From Octopus sinensis (Eukaryota), in contig NC_043004.1 in the NCBI RefSeq assembly GCF_006345805.1, positions 53,010,001-53,074,000 on the forward strand: DNA of 64,000 nt. Direction: 5' to 3'. Shown piece by piece: positions 1 through 13,488 of the stretch (its first letter is position 1; each line of letters starts with the position of its first letter). Below the pieces are notes generated by a model. The model was not told where the DNA came from and ran no database searches. It was given only the letters and a program-made list of their open reading frames with translations. The position numbers and the translations under genes were made by a program.

Positions 1-410
1 CTCCCTCCTCCCTCCTATCACCCTCACTCTCTCTCAATCTCTTTCTTTCTAATTTGGCCCACCCTTTCTCTTTTTGCGTAAATTACATTTACTATTAATC
101 AGTCAGTTTTCGGACGAAATCTTTTGGAGAACTTGTTGCACTATGTGTACACCGTTTATTATTAAATTAACCAATCTGTAAACATCTTAAAATTCGAATA
201 TTTTCATCAATTAGGTTATTTATTTTAATCAGCATAACTTCATTAGCTCTAAAATGTCTTATATTTGCTTTAATATTAGCGACCTTGATCACCTTATAAC
301 TTCTCTCCAGATGGTTCTGTTTTTTTCTTACGGAACAAGCATTTCTATAAATATACACTTGAACGCTTACTTATGATTAAGTACACTACAAATTATGAGG
401 TATAATACGT

Positions 411-630
411 ATTTCTTTGCTACCTACAAGGGGCTAAACACAGAGAGGACAGACAAGGAGATTAAGTCGATTACATCGACCCCAGTGTGTAACTGGTACT
501 TAATTTATCGACCCCGAAAGGATGTAAGGCAAAGTCGACCTCGGCGGAATTTGAACTGAGAACGTAACGGCAGACGAAATACGGCTACGCATTTCGTCCG
601 GCGTGCTAACGTTTCTGCCAGCTCGCCGCT
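411..630 (-). mobile_element. tRNA-derived SINE family A, full monomer with 11-bp TSD
   Basis: Reverse complement matches the other family A copies (GCGGCGAGCTGGCAGAAACGTTAGCACGCC head, GTTCAAAT B-box, GGTCGACTTTGCCT...TCGGGGTCGATAAATTAAGTACCAG core). GTATAATACGT is duplicated at 400-410 and 631-641. Confidence 0.92.
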
Positions 631-1410
631 GTATAATACGTGGAACTATACACATAAGGCTACATTGTTGGTGGCGCGCTTGGGTCACATGCGAACATTT
701 TTACCATTGGTTGTTTCATTGCTAGATATTTATTCCACTTTGATGAAGCTGTAGTAATTGAATAGCGCTGGTGCACAATGAGTAATATTCAGCGCGTTGT
801 TGATTTCGAGAAAAATATATCGTATTTTACAAACGTTCATTTCCTTACAAAATGTATGTCAGCTAAGCAACTGAGCTTCTTTGCATGCATTAAAAACACT
901 GTAATATAATCTGAATAGTATTTCAAGAAGGTGTCTCCGTTCTCTTACATCATATAAAAGACAAATTTAGGTGGGGCAAAATCAGCAAGACAAATTATGG
1001 TGAATTAACCTTAGCAGTTCTCAACAATTACATTTCGAAAAAACTCGCACATATTAATATCCATCTTTAGACTAGGAAATCATTATAAATGAAAACAAAC
1101 ATCTTCATATATGTAGGTCATATGAAAGAGGATCATGTAAAAATGGCACACGATATGATATTAATGAAACTCGACAAAAACTAAACGCTCAACATAAAAT
1201 ACTACCTATGAATTCTTCGCGATCAGCTGAAAGGGTAGAATGCTTTTTCCGGATATAATTACGCACCATATCCTTCTACAGAAAAAAATTATACTAGTCG
1301 TTACTCAGTTTGCCCCACTCTAAATACCATTCATTGAAACTTGAAAATTATCAACTTAGAAATTGCTGTGGGAAAAATTGACTTGGAATCCAAACTGCGT
1401 AAAGAATTTC

Positions 1411-1475
<65 letters not shown>

Positions 1476-1476
1476 G

Positions 1477-1570
<94 letters not shown>

Positions 1571-1578
1571 TGTATGTA
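1411..1578. repeat. Compound microsatellite (CT)n(TA)n(TATG)n
   Basis: Directly visible. Confidence 0.95.
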
Positions 1579-3791
1579 TAAACATCGAAAATTATGAAGG
1601 TATTTTATTAGAGATCTGAAATAAAATCGGGTGGAAAAATATATATCTACAAACATTGCAGTCTACCCTTATAAGCACACGCGAAGGCCCATGAATTGCA
1701 GCGTAAACGCATAGGAAAATGGCCGTAAGCCCATTGAGGAATTTATGCTAAAACATAATTATTTTGACTGTTACTCGCTGCCAAACACCCACCACACATA
1801 TATCTCAGTCTCCATACAGACAATGAATCATACACCAAAACCCATAGCACACTACAAACCACACAGTGACATAGATACTCTACGAGGCAACCTAAACCAC
1901 CGAATACATGCTGATCTATGGTAATTCTCAAAGATGACACAGCAGTACAAAATGATGACGCCATGCTTGCCATGTAATGATTTGAAACAGGTAGGGAGAA
2001 AACGAGAAAAAAAAAATTGAACATTCTGTCCCACTTATCTATTTAAAACTCACCCCACCCACACTTTTCCTCCATGACGATTGCAGTAGTTATTCTATTA
2101 TTGAAGACCGGAAGTTTTAAATACCATGAACTATTGGTGATGTCACCGCTATTTGTTGTTTTATTATCAAATGCTTGTTTGATGAGAGATCATGTTTGGT
2201 GGTCTATTAGCATCCTTTTGGAATAAATTGCGTTGGATGTTTTGTCACCTATTTCACTGCATATATTATGTACATGTAATATAACGTGTTATACACTGTT
2301 AGCCTTGGATTTCATAGATAGGTTTGCACAAACAAACTTTTGGAAAGATCCACAAAAGGTGATGGGCATTGACATTGCTGAAAATAATGAATTGAGTCGG
2401 TATCGATCATGAAGCGTTGACGGTAACTGGGGAAATCAAGAAAACATTAGTGCTAGGAAATATATTTGGAGACTTAATGACGAAGTAGTCAAAAGTAATT
2501 GTTGCTGATATACAGGTAAGATAAGTAAGTTAAGGAGTCGAATGTGGATATGACAGGCACCAACTGATAGCGTGAAGTCTGAGTAAACAATTGGACCTGG
2601 AGACCATAAAACCCTTTGTAACACGATTTTTGTCGTTAGTTAGCAACTGTTATTTCCTATTTGCTTACCCCTAGAATGTATGGGAAATGGTTAATGATTC
2701 CTTCAAACTTTACTTTTGTTACGTTTATTTAAACCTCAAAGAATCCTTCTCGATACATAACAACGATGCTCCCTCACTACTGATGTTCATGATCAGATAT
2801 ACACATATTGTCAACCACTAAGTGACCTGCATATCTATGGTTTTGAGCAAAATATTTGCTATAATAATATGATATTTCTGCTACAGCTGCTCAGCGCTGA
2901 TCTGCCTGAATTGTAATGGAAAATAAGTCAGTTTCAAAACGCTCGTGTACCGATCAAAAAGGCAAAGTTTGAAGGGAGTAGTAGTCATCTCCTTTCATTT
3001 CGTGATAGAAGCAAATTAGAAATAGCACCTACTGAACAAAGACAAAATTAAATAACTTAATAATTATTTAGTTAAACAGAGTTATAGATTAGTTCTCAGA
3101 GATTTATGCTTCAGAATGTGTATCAGGTGTGAGAATAAGATATAATTTGGGCTTCAAGAGTGAATCAGTGATCGAAGTTAGAGAAGAGAGATAGTGTTGT
3201 GTAAAATGAAGTAGTTTCAATGAAGTTTAGTATTATGTCTAATCATCTAAAATAGGTGGAGCGAGTTTGGATCCATTAAATTAAACGCATTACTATAGTG
3301 AAAATCTAAATACATTACTTATGACAGACGCAACTCCACTAATAATATCCGTGGCCTAAGAGCTGTAAAGGCCCCCCACAACCAACTATTATGTTAAAGA
3401 TGCATCTGCTGCAACTACAATTTTATAGGAACGCTTTCATTTTCAGTTATAGAAAACATAGATAACCAAATGTATGTTTAGAAAGATAAATGTTTATGTA
3501 TGTATGTATATATATAAGTTCATTAGGGGATATATTAACCTCTTAAAGGGATGATTACATCCAAGAAAACACTGGTTCTATACCTAATATTTTGGGAAAT
3601 AAATATATATCTTTTTTGCTGATGAAATTTTGCTAATATCTTATAAAGGCAAACTTAAAACCTAAATTTGTAATTTATTTCAGGAGCACAAATTAAAACA
3701 GCTGTATGAAGTAAGAATTATCAATATATTAATAAATAATTCTTAACATTCACCTCTACATTTTCTTTTCATCTATTAATTGAATACCAAT

Positions 3792-3823
<32 letters not shown>

Positions 3824-3919
3824 ATAGGATTAGCTCGTATACGAGTAGGTATATATTTGTAAAAAATGAAGTTCGAAAATGCTGCTATATTATACAAATT
3901 TTTAATTTTTATATATACA

Positions 3920-3960
3920 TTATAACATGTTTCGGTTCTTGAAATGAACCTTATCAAAAA
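3920..3960 (-). ncRNA. Minimal hammerhead-ribozyme-like motif (U3-A8 variant core), possibly decayed
   Basis: Minus strand reads TTGATAA-GGTTC(ATTTCAA)GAACC-GAAA-CATG-TT. Stem II is perfect, stem III is palindromic, stem I is weak. Confidence 0.4.
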
Positions 3961-4278
3961 AAGTTATATATAAAAAAAGATAGTTCATGCTATCAAATAT
4001 AGAAAATTCATTTATAATACACAATAGAGTCAGACATCAAAAAGTTCATATATAGTGTGAAGTGAGTTCGTTCATGCTATATGTTTAAAGTGTCTGATGC
4101 AGTGGTTTATAGTGGTGATATGCATTCAATATAAAAAATAGATCAAAGTGGTGATATGCAGTCAATATAAAAAATTGATGTTCCTGAAAGAGCGAGGAAT
4201 TCATTTTAGATTTTACCTTTGGGCAACTGTGATGACTTATGGTCGGTGTTCGCTGGAATGGCGATGTTATTTAAATGA

Positions 4279-4910
4279 AGGTTTGCAATTTCGAGCTCAG
4301 AACTGAAAAAATTAATAAGGAGGATAGAGGTGGCAGGCGACAAAGCCAGCTTCTACATATGGCTGAAGCGAGAAGACCTAAAATGGCTTGAAATGCCGAC
4401 CGGGAAACAGCGTCGCTAGGTGAAGTTGGCTGACACTTAAGCAACATCGCTGACTGGCAGGTGGGCCAAGGTAGCGATTTTGTTCATAGTGCGCCCTACT
4501 CCTGGTTCGAAGGCTCGTACCACGAAGCAGCTGGTAGGCTCTGGCTGCTGGAACAGAAATTAACACAACATTGTTGAAAAGCAGGTTCAGAGAGGGCACG
4601 AGCTGAACCTTAGACAGTGTCACGTGACAGTTATCAGGTTTGGGCTGTTCGAGCCTATGGGCGAGTATTTAAGGAGAAATTTAATGCTACATCGAAAAGA
4701 ACAAACAAAAAAATAAGAGAGAGAAACAAGAAACGCACTCAACACCAGAGCTGAAGACACCTCAGAAAGTGGAGGCTTCACCAATTCCAAAACGGTTGAG
4801 GAGTAGGGGCTGAAACTGTTCTTGGTCCCTCCTGAGGATGTCTTTAACCACTGGATCCTATAAAGAAGCTGTTGAGGTATCGAACCACGAAACGTAGTGA
4901 GAGTTCCTCC
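4279..4910 (+). mobile_element. 3' fragment of an RLE-type (HERO-like) non-LTR retrotransposon ORF plus putative 3' UTR
   Basis: 4279-4419 translates RFAISSSELKKLIRRIEVAGDKASFYIWLKREDLKWLEMPTGKQRR*, resembling the AEKASxWLWLRR C-terminus of HERO elements. GC-richer sequence continues to the (TA)n at 4911; the UTR assignment is uncertain. Confidence 0.55.
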
Positions 4911-4924
4911 TATATATATTATAT

Positions 4925-5014
<90 letters not shown>

Positions 5015-5050
5015 GTGTGTGTGTGTGTGTATACATATATGCGTACATGC

Positions 5051-5092
<42 letters not shown>

Positions 5093-5110
5093 ATGGATGG
5101 CTAGATATAT
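4911..5110. repeat. Compound microsatellite (TA)n(TG)n(GATA)n
   Basis: Directly visible. Confidence 0.95.
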
Positions 5111-6149
5111 ATACATATAATATGTACCTCAATATATATTATATAGTATATGTAAAATACATATACATATGAATGTATAAGTGCATATATACACACTCAT
5201 ATGCGTGAGTAAATGTTTATATATGTATGTATGTATGTACGTAGGTATGTGTATATGTCTATTAAACCTCTCAGACTACTAATTTCTTGTAAAAGGAAAG
5301 CACCTCACGATCTCTGAGGTGATCAAAGTGCACACCAACAAGCAAGACTGTATACCGAATCACAGTCAGCAGAGTTGCTGTAATTTTTTATAGGCGACTT
5401 TCGGTAAACATTCAGACGATGAATCATTTATTCAATTTTATCTTTTTAATATTTTCCCACCCATTTCATTTCGAAAATGTGCAATAACATCAGAAAAAAA
5501 TTTATGACAATGGATATAAAAATGACGCGTGATTCGAAATATTGAGAGAAATAATACGAGAGTGAAGAAACAGAAATTATAACTACGTGTGTGTGTGTGG
5601 CTGTTAGTATATATGTATGTGTACGAATGTGTGTAGCTTAACAGCATATTTTCAGTTTCATACCGAACGGACGTAACAATTCACCCAGCATATATATATA
5701 ATCACTGGAAATCTGCCTGGAATTATAATTTCATCTGTAAAGTTCCGTTTTATTTCAATCAGCAAACAGATGATTACGTAAAGAATTTTGTGTGCAATTA
5801 GGAAAAGTTGGTGTACAAATAAAGCAGCCTCCTTGCTGTCGTCGTTATCATCTGTCTAACTATTCACTTCCATAATTACAGTTTTGAAAGATTTAATAAT
5901 AACCTTCGATTTCAATCTTCTTCAATAAATTATGAAACATTTTTTCTTTAGTTTGTAATTATAATCTCCGAGAAATCTGACACTTCGTCATAAATCAGAG
6001 ATTTAATTAAAAACTATCGCATTATAGGCATTCACACAAATACGTAAACACACTGAAGGCTATATCTATCAACCTGTCTATCTAATCATCTTTCTCCATA
6101 TGCACACATACATATGTGCGTATGCATAAGTATATCCATACATATGTGC

Positions 6150-6266
<117 letters not shown>

Positions 6267-6570
6267 AACATACATATATGTATCGTCAAAGCAATGCGGA
6301 CATTAACTTATAGATATAGTTAACGATGCATTCATGGACAAAATATACATAGACACATAAATATGTATCGATCTATTAATAGGTCTACGCGATTTAATCA
6401 CACTTTCTCCCTCTAATATACATATGCGTGTGTGCGTGAATATGTGTGTGTATGCATGATTACATACGTGTACATAACATAGAAATAATCACACAAATAG
6501 ATACATATATATTCGTAAACACACACATGCGCATGCACATATCAATACAGATTATTTATGCATATATACT

Positions 6571-6608
<38 letters not shown>

Positions 6609-8305
6609 TGTGTGTGTGTGTATGTGTGTATGTGTGTGTAAATATATATACATCTACATATATAAGTGCGTGTATACACACAGACACAGACACATACACG
6701 CATACATATATATATATATATATTCATAAATGTTTGATTTCTATTTTGTTATTAAAGAATGTCTGTTCTTTCTAAGGTCATTCTTGAAAGGCGAAAAGCT
6801 ATAAATTTTATTTATCGCTTCATTTGAAATACTTACTGTTTGGTTTATGCTCACAAAAAAATAGAACTAATATTTAAAGAACAAACATTGATGTATTATC
6901 TTCGTTAAGCACAATCTCTGACTTCTCTCCTAACTTGTCAGAGAAGGCGTCTACAAAACTGTTACATACGAACGTGTTAACATGCATAGTTGACGTATAT
7001 GTTATTTACCCCAGTTAAGACTCGATGTAGCAGATTTAATATCAGAAGCATTCCATTACGGAGTAATATCATCCCTTTACTTGTGGAGTGGTATACCTAG
7101 GTTTTACACGAGGAAATGCTGCCTTCTATTCAATATATATTCGTTAGTGTATGATTAGATTTTACTAAATTACACCTGCCACTCAAATATTCTTCAATTA
7201 CCTTGACGTGAGTATGATTTTCACATTTGGAATCATTTGAATGATTTTCCATACATGCACAATCATACAGACATATATGAGTGTGTTTGTCTATGTGTGT
7301 GAGTGTGTGTGTATGTGTTTGTGTGAGTGCGTACGTATGTGTGTGTGCATGTGTGAGTGTTGTGGAACTGTAGTCAACCATTAGCCATGTCTTGGAATGT
7401 ATGATATATTTGCACACGTACAAGACAAGCTTTTTTTAATGTATATGAAAACAAATTGCTCTGCATCTTATACGACCATAATACGGATGAGAGACTGAGT
7501 GTCGTATACAAGGGAGCCGGATGAGCACAAATCCGGTGGACACAATAATTAGTATTAAGAATAACATTGAAATCAAGCCAAAATATCACACTATAGTTTG
7601 AAAACTGTTTGGGGTAAACCAGCAGTTATGTGGGTCAGTCACATAATCTCATTATACCCCATTTCCCAGCGTACATAAACCACAACTGATAAATCTCGTT
7701 TACCTTTAAGAAAGAGCTTTAATTGTCTAAATGAAAATTCTCCTGGGTAGATATTTGCAACAGGTGAATGACAAGGAAAACACAACAGCTGTGCGCCAAT
7801 CTTCTGCTCGATCATCTTTACACAAAATCAGTTTTATATCTTTTACGGCAATTCTGAGCAAATACAGTTGATTTCAACGGTAAAAAATGTTGAATTACTC
7901 ACTTCGTATAATATATTATACTTATGATAAATTCGTGGTATCATACTGTTTTTCCAGTAAACTGTCACAGCATCGTATTTACATGCACGTTACCCTGTAA
8001 AATCACTTTAAAATACATTTCAGTACCTCTATCTCTCAATAAGTACATGAAACATACAAAAGTTTCCCTTTTCGCAAAATATATTTGGAAAATAGGTGTG
8101 CGTCTGATATTCTCATTGCAATATGACCATTCTACGAAGTACTCATTCATTACTAGTATTATACGCCCAAATGTTATTGGCTTTTGTAAATATTCTTCAA
8201 CCTCTGTTTTCCCTTGCCTGGTAGCGATGGTGACAGAAGTTGTTTTGTGGATAAGGCTGAAAGGCATGAGGACATATATATATTCCTATTTGGTAAAGCT
8301 CTTAT

Positions 8306-8474
8306 TTATTTCTTTATTGCCCACAGGGGGCCAAAAAGAAGGGGGACAAACAAGGACAGACATAGGTATTAAGTCGATTACATCGACCCCAGTGCGTAAC
8401 TGGTACTTATTTAATCGACCTCGAAAGGATGAGAGGCAAAGTCAAACCCGGCGGAATTTGAACTCAGAATGTAA
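8306..8474 (-). mobile_element. SINE family A, 5'-truncated
   Basis: Core and tail match the other family A copies. Confidence 0.85.
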
Positions 8475-8584
8475 TTTTCCCTTGAAAAAGAAATTGATGA
8501 TAGAGAGGGAACAATGTTGCCAGATGCTCACTGCATTGTACGAGCTGCCCAAAATCGTTAGCGGAAAAACAACTCAATATTTCT

Positions 8585-9425
8585 TATAAGGTGTTAGTTG
8601 AGGGTATGAATGATAATGGCCTAGGATTGAATCTGGCTGTGCTACAGAGGGGCATTTCTCGATCGAGACAAGCTCTTTAGGCATGGAAATGCTAAAATCC
8701 GAAACTGCCCAAGATGCTTGAAGGGTAGCGAAACCGTACGGCATGCAATAATTCAGTGTCCATGGATTAGAGAGTTGTGAGATTGTGTTCAGCCGCCGTT
8801 GACGCGTGTAAGACGATTGTATAATGAAGATCGACGCACCACCTTTCCTTAGCAGAGAAGGGAGGCAGGTCTTACTCTGCTTAGTGGCTTTGGCAAAATG
8901 GGCTGTGTGATGAACCCGTCTGAAAAGTTTGAAGAGAGGAACATTCCTATCTGGTCATGCTCTCATCAGTTATTTCAAATATCATTTGAAGAGGAAGGTG
9001 AGGGTAGAGAGGGTGGTACTGCCTTCTAGTGTGATTATCAAAAGGGAGTTGACAGTGGCAAGACTGGTGAAACTGAATGGATCTACTCTGAATATGCTCT
9101 TCTAAGCAGAAAGAAAGAAACTGGAAGAGGGCATTTTCCCATGCCATGGGGATGGCAGAGTAATCTGGGATTTTTGTGAGGGGTTTACCCCAGATTACCC
9201 TAAGAAGACGGATCAGCTATTGGGAATTCTATTTATTTATTTATTACTTAATCCTCTACTTTCTATTATATATCCACTGTTATATCATTTGCATGTCATG
9301 TTATATCATGTGGTAGTATCTCTCCTTCTTTGATATTAGCCCCACATTTTTTCTGCTTTTGCTATTCTTTTTGTGCTGTAACTTGTTCTCCGATATTGTC
9401 CCCCATGTTTAGTGTCCTCGTGACC

Positions 9426-9430
<5 letters not shown>
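8585..9430 (+). mobile_element. L1/Tx1-like LINE 3' fragment (ORF2 C-terminal zinc knuckle + 3' UTR), pseudogenised
   Basis: From 8634: WLCYRGAFLDRDKLFRHGNAKIRNCPRCLKGSETVRHAIIQCPW, a CxxC..ETxxH..CP zf-RVT motif. Downstream stops, a T-rich UTR ending CCAATAA, then (AAT)n. Confidence 0.8.
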
Positions 9431-9502
<72 letters not shown>

Positions 9503-9545
9503 TTTATTGTACTATTATTATTATTTTATTATTATTATATTATTA

Positions 9546-9587
<42 letters not shown>

Positions 9588-9596
9588 CAATATTAC

Positions 9597-9631
<35 letters not shown>

Positions 9632-9634
9632 TAC

Positions 9635-9686
<52 letters not shown>

Positions 9687-9840
9687 ATTACTATATTATT
9701 ATATTATTATTATTATTATTATTATTACTATTATTATTATTATTATTATTATTATATTACTATTATTATTATTATTATTATTAATATTTTTATTATCATC
9801 ATCATTATCCTTATTATTATCGTTGTTGTTGTTGTTGTTA
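9426..9840. repeat. (AAT)n switching to (ATT)n trinucleotide array
   Basis: Directly visible. Confidence 0.95.
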
Positions 9841-10282
9841 TTCTTCTTACAGATAATTGTATTGATGTTTGCTAACGTTTTTTGTTTCAGTTACTTGTTA
9901 TTGACACTGTAAGTGTTATCGATCCTGCTGTCTGCTAATTATATTCGTATTTTGCATCATACTCGGTTTTGAAGCAGATGTTTTGTTTAACCTGAGGAAA
10001 AAAAAATGTAGTGCAGCCGTGATACTCCTTTCAATCATAAACAATCTCTGGCTGTGTTATTTGAGGTTTTTCTGGTGAGATGTGAGAGGTAACTGGCTGC
10101 GATATTTAGAGACTTTGCTGATGTTCTGTTAACTTTTTTTGTTTATACTTTCTTGTATAATATCGATAAGTTTGCTAGTCCCACTGCTGTTAGGCCCTTT
10201 GGAATCCCTCAGGCTCCCCTTGCTTTTTATAGTGCTAAAGCTAATGTCTTCGTAATATTTTTGAGAGTTAAAGTGGAAAGTT

Positions 10283-10445
10283 GGCGCAGGAGTGGCTGTG
10301 TGGTAAGTAGCTTGCTTACCAACCACATGGTTCCGGGTTCAGTCCCACTGCGTGGCATCTTGGGCAAGTGTCTTCCACTATAGCCTCGGGCCGACCAAGG
10401 CCTTGTGAGTGGATTTGGTAGACGGAAACTGAAAGAAACTTGTCG

Positions 10446-10508
<63 letters not shown>

Positions 10509-10715
10509 ATGTTTGTGTGTCTGTGTTTGTCCCCCTAGCATTGCTTGACAGCCGATGCTGGTGTGTTTATGTCCCCGTCACTTAGCGGTTCGGCAAAAGA
10601 GACCGATAGAATAAGTACTGGGCTTACAAAGAATAAGTCCCGGGGTCGAGTTGCTCGACTAAAGACGGTGCTCCAGCATGGCCGCAGTCAACTGACTGAA
10701 ACAAGTAAAAGAGTA
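10283..10715 (+). mobile_element. tRNA-derived SINE family B with internal (TA)n(TG)n microsatellite
   Basis: Head GGCGCAGGAGTGGCTGTGTGGTAAG..GGTTCAGTCCC (A/B boxes), CORE-like CTTGGGCAAGTG, tail ACTGAAACAAGTAAAAGAG. About 11 copies in the window. Confidence 0.92.
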
Positions 10716-11109
10716 TGCTGGAAAAAATGCTTAACAACGAGTTAACCTTCACGTGATTAGAACTGAGAGCGCAATATGCCGAAACAACATTCTATACGGA
10801 GCGCTAATGGTTCAACTAATATGCCACTATCGCGACTAACACACGGGATTATTGGTATAATCTCATGACTATCATGGCTAGCAGTTATAACATTGATGAG
10901 ATATTGTACTCCCAAATATAGATAAAGTAGACTGAACGACGTTAGCCAGTTAGTTTCGTTCTCCACAATATATTACAACTCAACAGTTTTATTGTCTGAA
11001 AATATTGATTGTGCTTTCTTCATCATGTAGGAGAAAACTTAGAAGAATATTTCTCTATCTTCGTTTTATACATGATTGAATAACTAAGTATTATTATGCC
11101 ATTCTGTCG

Positions 11110-11174
11110 TATCTGCGCATGTATATGTGTATAAACATATATATGTGCTTGCGTGTGTATGCGTGTGTATGTAT

Positions 11175-11241
<67 letters not shown>

Positions 11242-11342
11242 CATACATATACGTGCGTGTATGTGTGTGTGTACGTGTGTGCGCATGTATATATAAATAT
11301 ATAAATTTACATACATGTATATATATGTATACACACACAGAT

Positions 11343-11376
<34 letters not shown>

Positions 11377-11402
11377 TATATATATATATATGTTATATAT
11401 AG

Positions 11403-11458
<56 letters not shown>

Positions 11459-11470
11459 CACATATACATA
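11110..11470. repeat. Compound (CA)n/(TA)n microsatellite
   Basis: Directly visible. Confidence 0.9.
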
Positions 11471-12068
11471 TAATACTTACATTTACAGACATATGTGTAT
11501 ACGTATATCTAGGCGCATTTGTGTAAGCGTGAAGAATGGGTTAATAACTGTGCTTTTGTAAGCTTCATATTAGTTTGCTAGTATCTTATGAATAGTTCTA
11601 ATGAAGCAGAACAAACACCATAAACCTATTACTTTATGTCTCATCATTCTGATTCATCTCCTTCCATCATCAATTCTTTCTTATTATCATCACAACCGTT
11701 CGTTCGGTCATAATTACTCCAAGATTACACTGAGAAATCAACGCTCAATGTTATATTCTGTATTCCACATCGTTATTGTTTGTCGAGATGTAAAACGCTT
11801 CTATTATACACCCTTCATCACGTTTCTTTCCACTCAGTTACCGAACATTTCATTTGGTTAAAAGCAATACCTTGGCTATCCATTCTGTTATATTACGCAT
11901 GGTGCCACACCACACGATACATTAATTAGTCTGACAAAATATTACATGTATCTACACAGTATACTGTGCTAATTCCGTCTGTACTCAGCGTTGTACGACG
12001 CTGTGTTTAATATAACACTGCATTTTTCTACTATATTTAATTAAACATAGTATCTCGGCTAGGATATA

Positions 12069-12264
12069 CTAGGGAGATCTAAAAAGTTCCTGGCTTTAAG
12101 GGGGTCACAAAAGGCTTAGGTGGAAGTCCAACATTCTTAATTCTGAAGGAACGATGCAAAAAGGGTGTGAATCTGAGAGGGGAATATGTTGAAGAAAATC
12201 GTAATTAATCAATATACCTGCATTTTCTTTTACCCAAAGCCAGGAAATTCTCAGCACCCACTCA
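12069..12264 (+). mobile_element. Mariner-derived MITE (~200 bp)
   Basis: Degenerate TIRs (AAAAGTTCCTGGCTTT ... AAAGCCAGGAAATTCTCAGCACCC) with TA flanks. Internal remnant of a transposase C-terminus (ERCKKGVNLRGEYVE). Second copy at 26092. Confidence 0.7.
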
Positions 12265-13273
12265 TATTTTTGTTGATGGTGCATTATGTAAGCTGGTAAT
12301 TTTTAACAACTCATCGCATCTAGTAGTGAAGTTATTCTCCGAGTAAATACGGTTAAGGAGCAATGTAAAAGTTTCTCTTTTGCTATCTAACAGAGTTGTT
12401 TCTGCTTTAGATGAGAGCAGAAGATGTTTAGAATTAGGAATGATGATTTGATAATGTATTAATACGTCTAGTTTAAGGTCCAAAGTTAGAAGACACTGCA
12501 GGAGTTTCGTTGTTGTTGTGCAGATTACATTATTGTACATTTTGTTTGTTCCCGTTACTGGAGAGTGGGGAATTGTATCAGGTAACCAGAAAGAGAATAA
12601 ATGGAGCATAACTTCTCTTTCATCAGTTTAATGAATTTGAAATACTGTTAATTACATTGAAATCATAGATAACTACCAGTCCTTAGATTCTTGCTAATTA
12701 CGACCCCGCAAACCACTGTTAAGCATCAAACCTTAAAACGCAGTTAATTGTTAGCACTTGAGATATACCCGAGTACCCTTAAACCAATACCCTTAAACCA
12801 ATACAAGCTGTTGTCGTTTAGCAAATATTAGAAGCACACCTAAAACTAGAGATAATTAGAATATTCAATAAGCCCCACAGGTATTCAGAAATGCTAACGT
12901 TTCATTTACATATTCATTAAAGGTACTGCGTACAGCAGAAACATCTATAAAGTAACGAGTACAACGGTATAAATTAACATTCTCTCAGTGACGGAATGTT
13001 TCAAACTGCACATTTTAACATCAATTATTTTCAAATTGTTAAATTTTAAAACTCTATCCAGGTGCAATGTCATAGAAAATCAGGAATTTACAATGTAGAT
13101 GTGGGTCCCATTAAATGCTTATAAGTCTGTGTTCACAGCGATTTGGTCTGGATGAAAGTTTGGTGCAACTGTTGTAGCATTCAAAAGTCGAAAACTTACT
13201 TTCTCATCTTCTTTAAATAAGGATAAAATTTATAGTTTAAATAAAAGCAATAAAATTATTCTGTAGAAATTTC

Positions 13274-13488
13274 GGTTTCAAATTTTGTCACAACGCCAGC
13301 AGTTACGAGTGATGGACTAAGACGATTACTTCGACCCCAGTAATCAAGCCGTACTTCAATTATCAACCCCATAAGGACGAAAGTTAAAGTCAACCTCGGC
13401 GTAATTTGAACTCAGAACGTAAAGACGGACGAAATGCCGCTAATCATTTTTTTCCGGCGTGCTAAGGATTGTGCCTGCTCGCCGCCTT
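13274..13488 (-). mobile_element. SINE family A, diverged
   Basis: Head and core recognisable on the minus strand. Confidence 0.8.

Noticed and set aside
1655-2035. GC-richer unique island with YY1-like AAAATGGC and GCCATG motifs
   Set aside because: Too few specific motifs; may be an unrecognised repeat
7924-8589. 221-aa ORF
   Set aside because: Reads through an antisense SINE A; no recognisable motifs
10747-10995. Possible minus-strand exon (TTTTCAG acceptor, AAG|GTTAAC donor) in unique sequence
   Set aside because: Weak donor and stops in all frames near the acceptor; could only be non-coding, and cannot be supported without RNA data
12262-12609. 115-aa non-repetitive minus-strand ORF
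   Set aside because: No recognisable motif; length is compatible with chance or decayed repeat
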